64,000 nucleotides of DNA, taken from Tetramitus jugosus (taxonomy: Eukaryota > Protista > Heterolobosea). The stretch spans positions 372,001 to 436,000 of the forward strand of contig OW569365.1 in assembly GCA_937625935.1 (NCBI GenBank), in the 5' to 3' direction. Position 1 is the stretch's first letter, and the number at the start of each line of letters is the position of its first letter. Below are positions 11,471 to 22,908 of this stretch, in pieces. The notes under the pieces are model-generated. The model did no database searches and had not been told where the DNA came from. It saw only the letters and a program-made list of their open reading frames with translations. Position numbers and translations under genes: made by a program.

Positions 11471-13027
11471 TTACACTTGTTTTCTGAGAGTAAAAACTGA
11501 TGCTGCTGAGCGATCAACAACGAACGTAAATGATCCTCGATCACCCCGCACATTCGTCACTTCCTTTCGTCCGAACATTTCTCCGGTCTTCGTGTTGTCT
11601 AGAGTTTGACCTGCCAAGGACAATCCATGTTTGTCACGCATTGTTTTGGCCTTGAGTTCAAGCAGTTCACCACTGTTCACGTACTGTCGACTATTTTCAA
11701 TGTACAGAGTGACAGGTATTGTTCCAGCAGCTTTCACCGTCTTGAACATTACCAATACATGAATAGTTCCATCTTGTTCCATTACGGACCATGTTTTCAC
11801 TCGATCATTAGGGTTTGTAGATTTCACTTGTATGTCCAGCAATTGTGCATAACCTTTGACCATGTAACTAAACATCAGAAATGCGTAGTACTGAGGCATA
11901 ACGGTGGGATATGGATTAACTCCTGATTGATCAATTAGAATGGCAGAATAGGGAGTGTATCCTGATCCGTGGAAGTGGATACCTGATGAACCGAGGTATG
12001 CAGCACTAAACATCCAATCTAATGCCCAAATGGCACTCGCAAAAGTGTCGCTGATATTGGGAGACCCCGAGCACACTACATTATTGCTCTCACTAATGAA
12101 CCATGTTTTATCCAGAAGGTCCGCTGTTTGAGCAATTTCAATGAATTGAGATCCCTGAGTAAGCATATCTACAGCTTCATCACTTAATAGTTCTTCGATA
12201 GTAGGAGCTATTCCATCACATCGTCCTAGGGGATACAAGTGGTAGGTATAGGTGCTGTACAATGGTTTGGCCCGCATAATTCCTCCTGGATTACTCAATA
12301 GAAAGTCTCTTGTAAAGTCACCACCCTGGAATAGAGAGGGATGGAGTGAAGGAACAACACGAGAGATATCTGACTGGTATTGGTCAATTTGTTTCAGGTA
12401 TTTTTCAAAGGTGAATGTAGGCTCTCTAAATTTGCTCCATGGCTTGTCATAGAGGTCAGGTTCATTACCAATCTGAAATCCTTGGATATACTTGCGCTCG
12501 ATGATCCGACCTATCGCAGAAGCAAAGTCCGTTGCGTAGGTACTATTATCGCCTCTTCTGAAGTTAAGGCCGAATATCCACCTTGTTCCTAATTCTTCAG
12601 ACAATGTCTGCAATGCATGCAAAAAGTCATCATTCACACTGTATTCAATTCCTTCTGGATTGGGGAGATTTCTTGGATTGTACCACGAGTAATCTCCAGA
12701 GTTTCCACCCAGGCGTATGACCGGTGATTCGCCTGTCAGATCCTTTAGGTTCTTCAATAGTTGGACGAACCATCGCTTCGGACGTCTCTTCTCCTGTTCC
12801 ATAAAGTACATGATGCTAGAAATTTCAATGCTTAAGCCAATGAAGCCCTTTGTAATAGCATACTCTCTTCCAGATGTTGAATGGTCTCTCTTAAAATTGT
12901 TTGGAATGTCCATTTTCTTTGCTGGATTGACCAGTAGAGACACTTGGCCCGTCACAGTAAAGTGAGAAACAAGGCAGATGAACGACGCAAGTATTGTCAA
13001 GGATATACAAACAATTAGGTTAGTCAT
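11471..13027 (-). CDS. Secreted glycoside hydrolase family 79 (beta-glucuronidase/heparanase-like)
   Basis: Signal peptide; IRLGGNSGD, acid/base IGNEPD, nucleophile ISESN, SDTFASAIWALD. Confidence 0.85.
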   Translation of the reverse strand: MTNLIVCISLTILASFICLVSHFTVTGQVSLLVNPAKKMDIPNNFKRDHSTSGREYAITKGFIGLSIEISSIMYFMEQEKRRPKRWFVQLLKNLKDLTGESPVIRLGGNSGDYSWYNPRNLPNPEGIEYSVNDDFLHALQTLSEELGTRWIFGLNFRRGDNSTYATDFASAIGRIIERKYIQGFQIGNEPDLYDKPWSKFREPTFTFEKYLKQIDQYQSDISRVVPSLHPSLFQGGDFTRDFLLSNPGGIMRAKPLYSTYTYHLYPLGRCDGIAPTIEELLSDEAVDMLTQGSQFIEIAQTADLLDKTWFISESNNVVCSGSPNISDTFASAIWALDWMFSAAYLGSSGIHFHGSGYTPYSAILIDQSGVNPYPTVMPQYYAFLMFSYMVKGYAQLLDIQVKSTNPNDRVKTWSVMEQDGTIHVLVMFKTVKAAGTIPVTLYIENSRQYVNSGELLELKAKTMRDKHGLSLAGQTLDNTKTGEMFGRKEVTNVRGDRGSFTFVVDRSAASVFTLRKQV

Positions 13028-13407
13028 TGAATGGATTCGTGAATATGATTATTTCTTTTCCAACCAAATGATATCTTCGTTGACAGAAATTTCTTTCAGA
13101 CCTGAGGCTAAAAACGAAACGGCAGTGTATTTGTGGAACCATCGTGTTTTAACGGCAGTGATTCCACTGGTCAATCTACAAATCGAAGACCTAATCACAT
13201 TCAGTTAAGATCAGGTGTCTTCCTTGGTTGTCCAGATGTCTTGTGCTCAGTCCCTTTCCTTCCACCCCGCCAATCGAAGCTTCCTGTAGGAGAATCATCT
13301 TTTTCCAGGTCATAAATAGAAACTGATAGGACCAGTTGGAACAACTGGCAAAACAACAACAAAAAAGAAGACAGAAACTGAAGTGATTTTTGTTTGCTCT
13401 CATCATC

Positions 13408-15348
13408 ATGTCCTCATCCTCATCAACGGACCCAAACAACAACAACTCTCTATTCAAAAAGCATTTCACTCAAATCTCTTCTCTGATTGAACAAGGTCTT
13501 TCCTATGAGGAGTCGGGAAATTATAATTTGGCGCTTCAATCGTACACGAAAGCTTTACAGAACATTCGATCCTGTCTTCAACCCAATGTACATCATCACC
13601 CACAGGATTTTGAATGGATTCAGCGCATGAAGCGCTACAGAGACATGTTTGAGCCACATGTCATTGAAGTTCAAGCAAAGTTTGAGCTACAGAGAGGTAG
13701 AGCTACAGTGCATCAACCGTCATCATCACTGTCAGCACTATCACAGCAGTATCAACCACCACCACAACCATCCATGTACAATACAAGTAATAATCAAAAC
13801 AACAACAGCAACAACAACAATAGTAGTAGTAGTCAAGGGGGATTTTTCAGTGGATTATTCTCTCTTTTTGGTGGTAGTAGTAACAGCAGTGCTAGTAGTA
13901 GTAGCAATGGTTCGACTGATTTATCATCATCTTCACCTGCTTCTCCCATTATTGAATCAACAACACTTGCCACAACAACAACAACAACGAATGATTATCA
14001 GCACTCATTTTCTCATCACAATGCACGATTGAATCAAATGCAAAATCCATTGCACAGATCATCCAATATAGCAATTCAACACCAACAACAACCACAGCAC
14101 TCTCATCATCCAAACTGTTCATCGAGTCACAATAATAATCGCCCTACTCGCAATCCTCATCTCATCTCCAATCATACAAACAACAAGAATCATAATCATA
14201 CTAGTAAGACAAACAAAAACAACAATAATGCTATTAACAATAACAACAATGATAAGAATTCAAATTTGGATCGCATGAAAAATGTTCCATTTGACAAGAT
14301 TCCTGAATTCAAGGGCATTGACAAGAAATTGTTGGATCATATATTGAATGAAGTGGTTCAACAGGATCACGATCCATCTCGTACAATCACTTGGGACGAC
14401 GTAGCAGGACTCAAGGACGCCAAACAGATATTGCATGAAACGATTGTGCTTCCGTCGTTGAGACCCGATATCTTTCAAGGTTTGAGAGCACCTGCACGTG
14501 GTGTCCTATTGTTTGGACCACCGGGCAATGGAAAGGTTTGTGATTTTTATGTGAATCGTATTGTGGAATTGTTTTGTTTTTAATGTGTGAATTTATGTAT
14601 CGCTCACTCTCTCAAAATGCACACGTCTATGCACACTGCACATACACAATACAAAAAGACTCTGATAGCAAAGGTGGTGAGTTCTCAGTGCAAGTCCACA
14701 TTCTTTAGTATCAGTGCGAGCAGTCTTGTGAGTAAATGGGTGGGTGATGGAGAAAAGTTGGTCAAGGCACTGTTTGCAGCTGCTGATTACCTGGCTCCGA
14801 GTGTCATATTTATTGATGAGATTGATTCGATATTGACGAGTCGAAGCTCGAATGAACATGAGGCGAGTCGAAGACTGAAAACAGAGTTTTTGGTGCAGAT
14901 TGATGGTGTGACAGCGAATACGAGCTCACAGAGCCGTGTGTTGGTCATGGGAGCCACCAATCGACCATTTGAACTCGATGACGCTATCCTGAGAAGATTT
15001 ATGAGAAGAATTTACATACCACTGCCAGATGCAGAAGCGAGAGTCAGTTTGATCAAGAATGCACTCGGTAATCAGAGAACAAAGATGTCACAGTCCGATT
15101 ATGAGCGAATCGCCAAGGTCACAGATGGTTACAGCGGTAGTGATCTGAGATCATTGTGTCAAGAGGCTTCCATGATACCGATTCGAGAAATGGGTAGTCA
15201 ACAGTTGCTCACAATACGAGCAGATCAACTCAGAGTGATACAAGTGGAGGATTTCATACAAGGTGCAAAGCGGGTGAAGCCATCAGTGAGTGGTGAAGGA
15301 ATAAGAGAGCTCGTTCAATGGAACAAACAATTTGGTACCTTTTCATGA
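13408..15348 (+). CDS. SPAST: Spastin-like microtubule-severing AAA ATPase (MIT + AAA), 2 exons (13408-14535, 14659-15348)
   Basis: N-terminal MIT-like helices; Walker A GPPGNGK|TLIAK split by intron 14536-14658; Walker B IFIDEID; [13 protein letters not shown]; C-terminal WNKQFG. Confidence 0.85.
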
Positions 15349-15383
15349 GGTTGTCACAATAATATCCCCTTATATTTATTCAG

Positions 15384-18053
15384 TCATTTAGTGGTGCATA
15401 GTACACGCGAACCAATAGTAACGGAGAGCTTTTCATTCAAAGATAATTTGTTCTCCATTGACAACAAGACACCGAAGAGTACTTTACCTTCGGATCGCCT
15501 GTAGTTGAACAACGTTTTGAGAGGTTCAGATACTTTGATCAACTCGATAGGGTCAACACAAATCATTGAACATCGATTGCATTTACCCATCACATTCAAC
15601 TTCAACTTATCATCAATAGTTAGATTGCGGAAGTTGTCTTCTTCGAATGCCTTTCCATTAATTGCGTTCTCTATGACAAAGTTTGGTCTAAAGCGAGTGA
15701 TGAGCCAATCAGAGTTCGCGTAGTAGCATCCAGAGTAATCCTTCTTGTTCGGACTTTCGTTCGACCAATAAATTTTTCTCAAGCGCTCGTTCAAGTCATT
15801 AATGCTGCTTCGTGTTATGAGAAGAAACTGTGCTTCGTTACTAAAGTTAATCTTGGTGGTTGATTGACACTCTCTGCCGCAGACACGAATCATGAACCGG
15901 TCGTTCTTTGGATCCTTCCGAGCAAGATGCACATCAGCATCCAATGCACGAGACAACCATTCAGATATGTGCGGATCATTGTAAATAAGACCTTTGGCTT
16001 GAACACCACATACATTGAGGTTGTCCTCAGATGTTCTTTCTTCTGGATAGTAGTCTAAGGGAATGTTTAGCTTATCACCATCGGGATCTCGAGAGTTTGA
16101 TAAAACAAGGGTTCGACTGGCGAGGTCAATGTCCGTATCTATCGAGGCCATCTTAGGATGCAGCTTTTGTTGCAGTGCTTGTCCGCGATGATCAACAATT
16201 GTCCATTCTCTGTCATAGATTGGACCGCTGTCAGTCAACTCCCACTGAGTCACACTGACTCCTTGGCATGATTTCACAGGGTAAATAATCATGTGGGTGA
16301 GTGTAGCTGACAGTGACTGTGGAGAGACTTTTTCTTCTTCAGGGGATTCCTTCTTTTCCGTTTGTACAAAGTACTCCCGAATAAAACTGATGAGAGCGTC
16401 GACATCGGATCGAATGCTCATCCAACCGAATGACACACGAACAGATCCAGTAGGTTCTCCACTAATAAGGTCATTTCCGTCCCAACATACATGACCCTTA
16501 TGATAGTTTTCGAGTACTTGGTCCGATGTAATATTTAAATTGGATTGACATGCACCTGGATTACAAAAGCATCCTGTCCGGAGATTGATCTGAGGAGAGT
16601 GGATGGTTGCAGCCTGAGACACTTCTCCATATCCTACAAAGTGACCATTGGCACGTCTCAGATTGAAATTCACAATGGATCCTTGCTTCCGAGAATCATG
16701 CGTGTGATGACGACCATAGAAGACACAAACTTGTTGCCCATTGTAGTGCCTTAAACTAGATAGTTGCTCATATGCGTACTGAGCGAGAGAGAATGTGTGT
16801 TTCCGAACGAGGTCCATAAAATGCTCCTTACTACCATTCTTGTTCTTCAAAAACCGCCCATGATCTGTAATCATGTCAGGTACAATGTTCAACGCATGAT
16901 TCAATGCAATAATATTCAAATAGGGAATTGTTCCATCTTCAAACGCCTCGTGCAACACTGGTCTCAGTGCATGCTTCTGAACATCCGATATGGAAAATGA
17001 CACGGTTCCACCACCAAAGTAACTCTTCTTCAAAATGTGAGCACTCGAATTCTTGACTAGCAAGACACCGAGACCCATCGGATAACCAAACAGCTTATAC
17101 ACTGAAAAGGCAATAAAATCCGCTTGATTCTCTTTGCGACTCAAATCAAGTACATTGGAACACACATATTTACTCACATCCATCAAAACATAGACTGATT
17201 GTCTCTGCGTACTATCACTCTCAGTATTTTCTTTCATCTTTGACATTGATCTCGCGTGCAACTTTCCCGTCAACTCTGTTCGCATCTTTTCTCCTGTTGA
17301 GTTGCACTCTGGTGAGAAGGCAAACAGTTGAGTGCCAACGGATGATTGACCATCATCATCATCATCATTACTCATCACACTCTGAACAATGTATTCTTCT
17401 TCTTCGTCTTCGTCGTTATCATCTTTATCATCTTTAGCACCACCACCACCATTGTTCTTCATCCATTTTGATCGATTATTTGGTATGCAATGAATCAGAG
17501 CTCCCTTTTCTCTCGCAATTTCTCTCATTCCAATCACTGAATTATGATTGTTCATCATGTACACAAATCTCGATGATGTAGATGATGATGTAGACAAAGT
17601 GGAAGAGTGAAATGGAAAAGTTTCAGCAATGAGCTTGCATGAAGCAGTGGCATTATGTGTAAAAATGACAGAATACGTATAGAAATCCGTCTTGAACATT
17701 TCCAACAATTTTCTCCGTGTGGACTGAACGAGTTGAGATGTTCGTGTCGCAGGATAGCTCTGAGAGTGAGGATTGGCGTACATGTGAGTCGTCAAATCAG
17801 CACAACAATGATGAATCAACTGATTTGGGTAGAGTGTGGATGCTGCATGGTCCAAATGAACTTGTTGTTGTGGTAATTGCTGATGATGTGTTGATTGTTG
17901 TTGTGTTGATTGTAGTGTTGATTGTTGTTGTTGTAAGAGTTGAGGGAATTGAGTGGGCCGCAGTGATGATAGATATTGATCATAAGAGAGAGCTTCTTCC
18001 TCTGTTTCATTTTGTTGTTGTTGTTGATGTAGTGTAGTTGTTGTGTGTATCAT
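15384..18053 (-). CDS. MOCOS: Molybdenum cofactor sulfurase (NifS-like PLP domain + MOSC)
   Basis: LDHAASTLY, FSVYKLFGYPMGLG, RTGCFCNPG, IYPVKSC, RFRPN, CNRCSMI; first ATG at 18053. Confidence 0.93.
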   Translation of the reverse strand: MIHTTTTLHQQQQQNETEEEALSYDQYLSSLRPTQFPQLLQQQQSTLQSTQQQSTHHQQLPQQQVHLDHAASTLYPNQLIHHCCADLTTHMYANPHSQSYPATRTSQLVQSTRRKLLEMFKTDFYTYSVIFTHNATASCKLIAETFPFHSSTLSTSSSTSSRFVYMMNNHNSVIGMREIAREKGALIHCIPNNRSKWMKNNGGGGAKDDKDDNDEDEEEEYIVQSVMSNDDDDDGQSSVGTQLFAFSPECNSTGEKMRTELTGKLHARSMSKMKENTESDSTQRQSVYVLMDVSKYVCSNVLDLSRKENQADFIAFSVYKLFGYPMGLGVLLVKNSSAHILKKSYFGGGTVSFSISDVQKHALRPVLHEAFEDGTIPYLNIIALNHALNIVPDMITDHGRFLKNKNGSKEHFMDLVRKHTFSLAQYAYEQLSSLRHYNGQQVCVFYGRHHTHDSRKQGSIVNFNLRRANGHFVGYGEVSQAATIHSPQINLRTGCFCNPGACQSNLNITSDQVLENYHKGHVCWDGNDLISGEPTGSVRVSFGWMSIRSDVDALISFIREYFVQTEKKESPEEEKVSPQSLSATLTHMIIYPVKSCQGVSVTQWELTDSGPIYDREWTIVDHRGQALQQKLHPKMASIDTDIDLASRTLVLSNSRDPDGDKLNIPLDYYPEERTSEDNLNVCGVQAKGLIYNDPHISEWLSRALDADVHLARKDPKNDRFMIRVCGRECQSTTKINFSNEAQFLLITRSSINDLNERLRKIYWSNESPNKKDYSGCYYANSDWLITRFRPNFVIENAINGKAFEEDNFRNLTIDDKLKLNVMGKCNRCSMICVDPIELIKVSEPLKTLFNYRRSEGKVLFGVLLSMENKLSLNEKLSVTIGSRVLCTTK

Positions 18054-18172
18054 GGTGTTGTCTCGTTTTTCGGAAATGATTTTGGCGCGAATGAGGACTT
18101 GAAAAATGGAATACAAAGATTTGTGTGTGAAGATCTTCACTTTTCCATGAATAATTTTTGGGGGTAGTGTCT

Positions 18173-19152
18173 TTATTTGGAAACTTGACCAAAATCTGCA
18201 GAGATGGTTTGTCCAGTCATGTAGGAGGCACCATTACTGGACAGGAACAAAATGATGGATGCCATTTGTTCTGGTAGGCCAAGCTTCTTGCCAACCACTT
18301 CATTCTCGAACATGGGCTTGTATTTCAACCAAAGAGGACTATCATCGGTAATCAATGGACCAATCCATGTTTGGGTGTGATTTGCCATGAATTTGACTTG
18401 ATTACGTGTCAGAGGTGTATCGATCAATCCAGGGCAAAGGGCGTTAACTCTGATTCGAGGTAGTTCGGCTGATGGCTCCGAGTATTCTATTGCAGCACTT
18501 TGGGTTAATCCAATAATACCATGTTTCGATGCAGAGTACATACTGCAAGTACTGCATGCTCGAAGGCCATTGTATGAAGATAGGTTTACAATGGACTTTG
18601 GGCTTCCACTTGATTTCGACCTTCTCCAATGACCAATAACGGTGTGCATCATGTTCAGAGTTCCATACAGGTTGTTCTTGATTGGATCGAACTCACTCTC
18701 CAACATTCGATTGGTGTTTGATCCAGAGTATAACCCATGGGTCCGCCAATACCAGCCGAGTTAACACAAATGTCAATGACACCAAAATCAATCTCGACTC
18801 TTTTGATGGCTTCAATTACTTGAGAGATATTAGATACATCTACCTTGTAGAATTGGACTTTCACTTGATTCTTTGTGGCATTCCTAATCATTTGAACTGT
18901 TGTTACTCCATTGTACCAATCTGGTCTGAAGTCTCTGGCAAATATGGCCACATTAGCTCCTTGCTTGGCAAATTCCAGTGCTGTGCTGAAACCAATTCCA
19001 GCTGTACCACCTGTCACAATTACATTCTTGCCCTTGAATTCAGGGTAGTAGATCACACTTTGTGTTGCAATGGAAGTAGATGACAGAAGCAAGATCATGA
19101 GAGACCCGACGTTGAATAGGAGATATTGTGCTCTCATGTTTTGTACGAACAT
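18173..19152 (-). CDS. Classical short-chain dehydrogenase/reductase with signal peptide; reading frame interrupted near 18677-18706
   Basis: TGGTAGIG, VNSAGI, NLYG, catalytic S and YSASK, IRVNALCPG spread over two overlapping ORFs in different frames. Confidence 0.8.
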
Positions 19153-19310
19153 TGTTGTTCTTTTTGTTGCTTCTTTTTCAAATCAAATTTCCGGAATGGA
19201 ACTTGCGTGTCTCAGATTCCCTCAATTGCTTAAGGATCAGAGGATAGATATCAAAAAACTTTGGGGTCTGTCATGAAGTTTTGTGTGTTCGATGCATTGT
19301 GCGATAGGGT

Positions 19311-22300
19311 TTATTGTTCTTCAGTGGCATCAAATACAAGAGATACGGTTGGAGTCGTTGGAGCGGCATTTGCCTTGATCTTGTCATCAGGAGCACCAGC
19401 ATCACTGGTGGCGAAAATCTTAACCTTCTTCACTGCTCCTTGGAAGCCTTGTTCCAAAACCAATTGCCTGTTCTCCTCGAGAATGGCCTTTTCATCGAAA
19501 GGAACTTTACCGCTGAGTACTGATTGGTCTTCCTTGCTTGCAATAAACTCCTTCTGTTTGAAGGAGAAGAAAGACATAGCATTGTTCATGACTCTCTTAT
19601 TTGTAATCTTTTGACTCAAACTCTTTGCCATGACTTGGTTGTTGGAAATACCAGCCAAACCATCCTTAGCATAGACGTCTCTCATCAACTCCAAGACTTG
19701 TTGTTGCCACTCTGTATATGAGTCAGCAAAGTACACAATAGCGACATTAGGCTTGTTAGGAGTCTTCTTCTTCTGGGAGATCTTCACAGCTTGTCTGAAG
19801 GTAGCCAAGGTATCTTCCAAATATTTAGCAGATTGAATTGCAATCATGTCAATCTTGCTGACATCAGCAACAGGGAATCTAGCATGCGTCACAACGGATC
19901 CCTCTCTCTTCAAAATATTTCTCCAGATATGGTCACAAATGTGAGGAGTGATTGGACTCATCATAATTGTGCTAATTTCAATATATCTGTGGATCAAGTC
20001 CTCTCTCATTAAGGTGTTACCGACAATCAATCTATATTCATCTCTAGCCGATTGCAAATCGAAGCAAGCGTTCTTCATGACCTCACGGAACAACATCCTG
20101 TCGTAATTTTCCTTGGTAACTTGGACAGCAAGCTCAAGCTTGGTTTGGAAAACCTTATCAGCACTTTGGATGTTAGATGGTACTTCTGCATCGGTTCTTC
20201 TCAACAAAGTGGAACCATTTTCAATTACATCATTGATCCAAGCCATGTTAGTTGTCAATCTCAAGATAGCACTATTGGCATTCAATCTGGAGAAATTAGC
20301 ATCATCATGAGTGTCTCCAGCATCGGCCAAAGCAAGTCTGGTAGCATCAGAAGAGAATTCTTGAACAGTTTGACTGATAGTCAAGAAGTTACCCAAACTC
20401 TTACTCATCTTAAAACCATCAACCATAACATAACCGTTGCAGTAGAAAGATTGTGGCAACATGTTCTTCTTGTTCATGTTGTGATGCTTTGCATTTGGCT
20501 GCCAAATAGCAGCATGGTTGTACAATGCAAAAGTCAAGTGATTCTTGATCAAATCCTTACCGGAGACTCTCATATCTACTGGATACCAGTATTCGAATTC
20601 TTGCTTCATTTGGCGCAATTTACTCTCCTCAGGCACATTTTCTTCATCAGCTGGGTACTCCTTACCCAACAAGATGTAATCAAAGACACGAGGAGTCATT
20701 TGCTCAGGTGTAATACCCAATGGACGAGAGTTCACATCGCTTCCATCCAAGTTTCCTGCTTGCAACAAATGAGCAATTGTGTAGTAGGCCATATAAATCG
20801 TAGAATCACTCAAACTCTCAATCAACACTTCCTTGTCCCATGGCAAGAAAGTTCCCAATCCGTACGAACGAGAGCAAGCCCATTCTTTCAACCATCCGAC
20901 AGTGTGTTCCAACTCCTTCTGTGTAGCCTCGTTGAAAGTTCTGAAGTTTGGTCCATTAATGTGATCCTCAACAACTCTTCGCCATTCTTCCTCACCGTAC
21001 TTCATGTACCATTGATCCAAGATGGCAACAACACACTCATCACCAGATCTTGAGACAACTTGGTTCTCTGGCTCAGCATAAGGGATAGCATGACCGTTCT
21101 GAATCAACCAATCACGAACGTCGTTCTTAATAGTGGTAATCTTTCTTCCAGAGAAGATTCCACAATTTTGATTCAAAACACCATCATTGAATCCCTTCAA
21201 GTAAGCCTCGTCCTTAGCTAAAGCCAACTTTTCAGTATCATTCTGAGATTGAATCTTCATCTTGTTATACAATTGGACAGCGATGCATGGCTCATATCCC
21301 TCAATATCAATGATTGGAACAGGTTCAAATGGCAAGACCCATTCATCCTTAATGCCATACTTTTCTCTCAAAGCTTCCTTCTTCTTCAAATCAGTCAATG
21401 CAGCATAATCGTCAGGAGAGTCGCTAGGAACAGATGTGACAACACCAGTGGTCTTCTTTGTTGAAACAGTCATCATTGGAAGAACATGAACAGTCTTGTA
21501 TACACTGCTGGATGGTGGTGTAATAGCAGCACCAAACAACTCAGCACCCTTGAAGGAATGACCAACTTGTTCAACCTTGTGAGGTTCTGGATAGCTGTAA
21601 CCTTGATAAGCCAAATTGGTAGCACTTCTCTCAGTACAGACAAACAAGTCATTGGCAGAGACACGGAAAAGACCATAGTCACCCTCAGGAGCCAACCAAC
21701 AGTTGGTCTGACCAAACATGGTCTCAGGTCTCAAAGTAGCAGCAGCCAAGTAAATGTTGACCATTCCTTGCTCGTCATGACTCAAAGAGTCAAATGCCCT
21801 TTGAAGAGCAGGTGGATATGGCTTGTTGACAAGCAACTTGACAATGGTGTACTCCTTTGGCTTCACACCTTCACCACTGGCACGATCATGATCGGCACAA
21901 ATTTGGTTCGTAGCTCTAGAGTAGATGGAGTATCTGCTACCAAAAGAAATCTTTTCCAATTCTTTCAAAGTCAAAAATTGCCATTGAACAAACTTGTCAT
22001 AGAACGGATTGGCATCAGTAGTGATAAAGGAACGACGGAAATCAGTCGCAACACCAAATCGCTTCAAATCCGTGATGGCCTTTGGAGGGAAATAGCTCAA
22101 CCAAAAGTATGGATCCGTAAACTTGACAATCTCATCATCTGTAATACCCATCTCTTGCATAATCTCCCATTGATACTTTTTTGGTGGATTTTCCTCATCA
22201 TAGTCAGCATCACCCCTCTTTGGTCTCACTGGAAAGTTCTTGGTTGGTGGCATACCAAAATCATTGATTTCATTCTTGAGCTTATCAGCACAGGCAGATA

Positions 22301-22634
22301 TTGGCATACCTGTACAATGGAAGCCAAAAGGAAACATGGCATTCTTGCCCAACAAGGATTGATAACGAACAGCAAATTCAGCCTTGGTCATACTGAATGC
22401 GTGACCCAAGTGCAACTTTCCGTTCATGTATGGATATGGGAAGGTAACAAAGTACTTTTCTTGATCAGGCTTTGCTTCACGCTCATAAATCTTTTCTTGT
22501 GCCCAGAGCTTTTGAATGTCTTCTTCGATTTGGAGCAAGTTATCACGACGAGCGTGAGACTTTGGCTCAGCTACTTGTGGAGCTGCAGCCGGAGTTGCTG
22601 TTGTGGTTGGTGTCGTCGATGTTGGTTGAGACAT
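19311..22634 (-). CDS. LARS1: Cytosolic leucyl-tRNA synthetase
   Basis: FPYPYMNGKLHLGH (HIGH), ATLRPET, editing VPSDSPDD, KMSKS. Confidence 0.97.
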   Translation of the reverse strand: MSQPTSTTPTTTATPAAAPQVAEPKSHARRDNLLQIEEDIQKLWAQEKIYEREAKPDQEKYFVTFPYPYMNGKLHLGHAFSMTKAEFAVRYQSLLGKNAMFPFGFHCTGMPISACADKLKNEINDFGMPPTKNFPVRPKRGDADYDEENPPKKYQWEIMQEMGITDDEIVKFTDPYFWLSYFPPKAITDLKRFGVATDFRRSFITTDANPFYDKFVQWQFLTLKELEKISFGSRYSIYSRATNQICADHDRASGEGVKPKEYTIVKLLVNKPYPPALQRAFDSLSHDEQGMVNIYLAAATLRPETMFGQTNCWLAPEGDYGLFRVSANDLFVCTERSATNLAYQGYSYPEPHKVEQVGHSFKGAELFGAAITPPSSSVYKTVHVLPMMTVSTKKTTGVVTSVPSDSPDDYAALTDLKKKEALREKYGIKDEWVLPFEPVPIIDIEGYEPCIAVQLYNKMKIQSQNDTEKLALAKDEAYLKGFNDGVLNQNCGIFSGRKITTIKNDVRDWLIQNGHAIPYAEPENQVVSRSGDECVVAILDQWYMKYGEEEWRRVVEDHINGPNFRTFNEATQKELEHTVGWLKEWACSRSYGLGTFLPWDKEVLIESLSDSTIYMAYYTIAHLLQAGNLDGSDVNSRPLGITPEQMTPRVFDYILLGKEYPADEENVPEESKLRQMKQEFEYWYPVDMRVSGKDLIKNHLTFALYNHAAIWQPNAKHHNMNKKNMLPQSFYCNGYVMVDGFKMSKSLGNFLTISQTVQEFSSDATRLALADAGDTHDDANFSRLNANSAILRLTTNMAWINDVIENGSTLLRRTDAEVPSNIQSADKVFQTKLELAVQVTKENYDRMLFREVMKNACFDLQSARDEYRLIVGNTLMREDLIHRYIEISTIMMSPITPHICDHIWRNILKREGSVVTHARFPVADVSKIDMIAIQSAKYLEDTLATFRQAVKISQKKKTPNKPNVAIVYFADSYTEWQQQVLELMRDVYAKDGLAGISNNQVMAKSLSQKITNKRVMNNAMSFFSFKQKEFIASKEDQSVLSGKVPFDEKAILEENRQLVLEQGFQGAVKKVKIFATSDAGAPDDKIKANAAPTTPTVSLVFDATEEQ

Positions 22635-22908
22635 TTTTTCTGGTTGTTGTTGTTTTTGCTTTGTGTGTGGAATTTGGATTTTTCAATCGCGGGTTTTTTT
22701 CCTGTCGCCGATTCCTGGATCAAATTGAACGAGAGATGCGAATTCAAGAAGCGGAACCGATTTTTGTAAAGCAACCTTTCTTGTTGGTCAGGAATGAGAG
22801 TTGTATTGATAATGTCACATTTTTATTTGGAGAATGGTTGTTTATTGTCAAATTGCAGCATGATGAACACAATATTGAGACGCGCAGTAGGCGTGAATAG
22901 AAATTCTC

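Noticed and set aside
10159-11553. Long antisense ORFs over EF1A (similar ones over LeuRS, SerRS and HSP60)
   Set aside because: Expected shadow of strong codon bias in highly expressed genes; no motifs
13200-13225. TAAGATCAGGTGT resembling part of U2 snRNA
   Set aside because: No GTAGTA branch-pairing sequence or U2 5' stem
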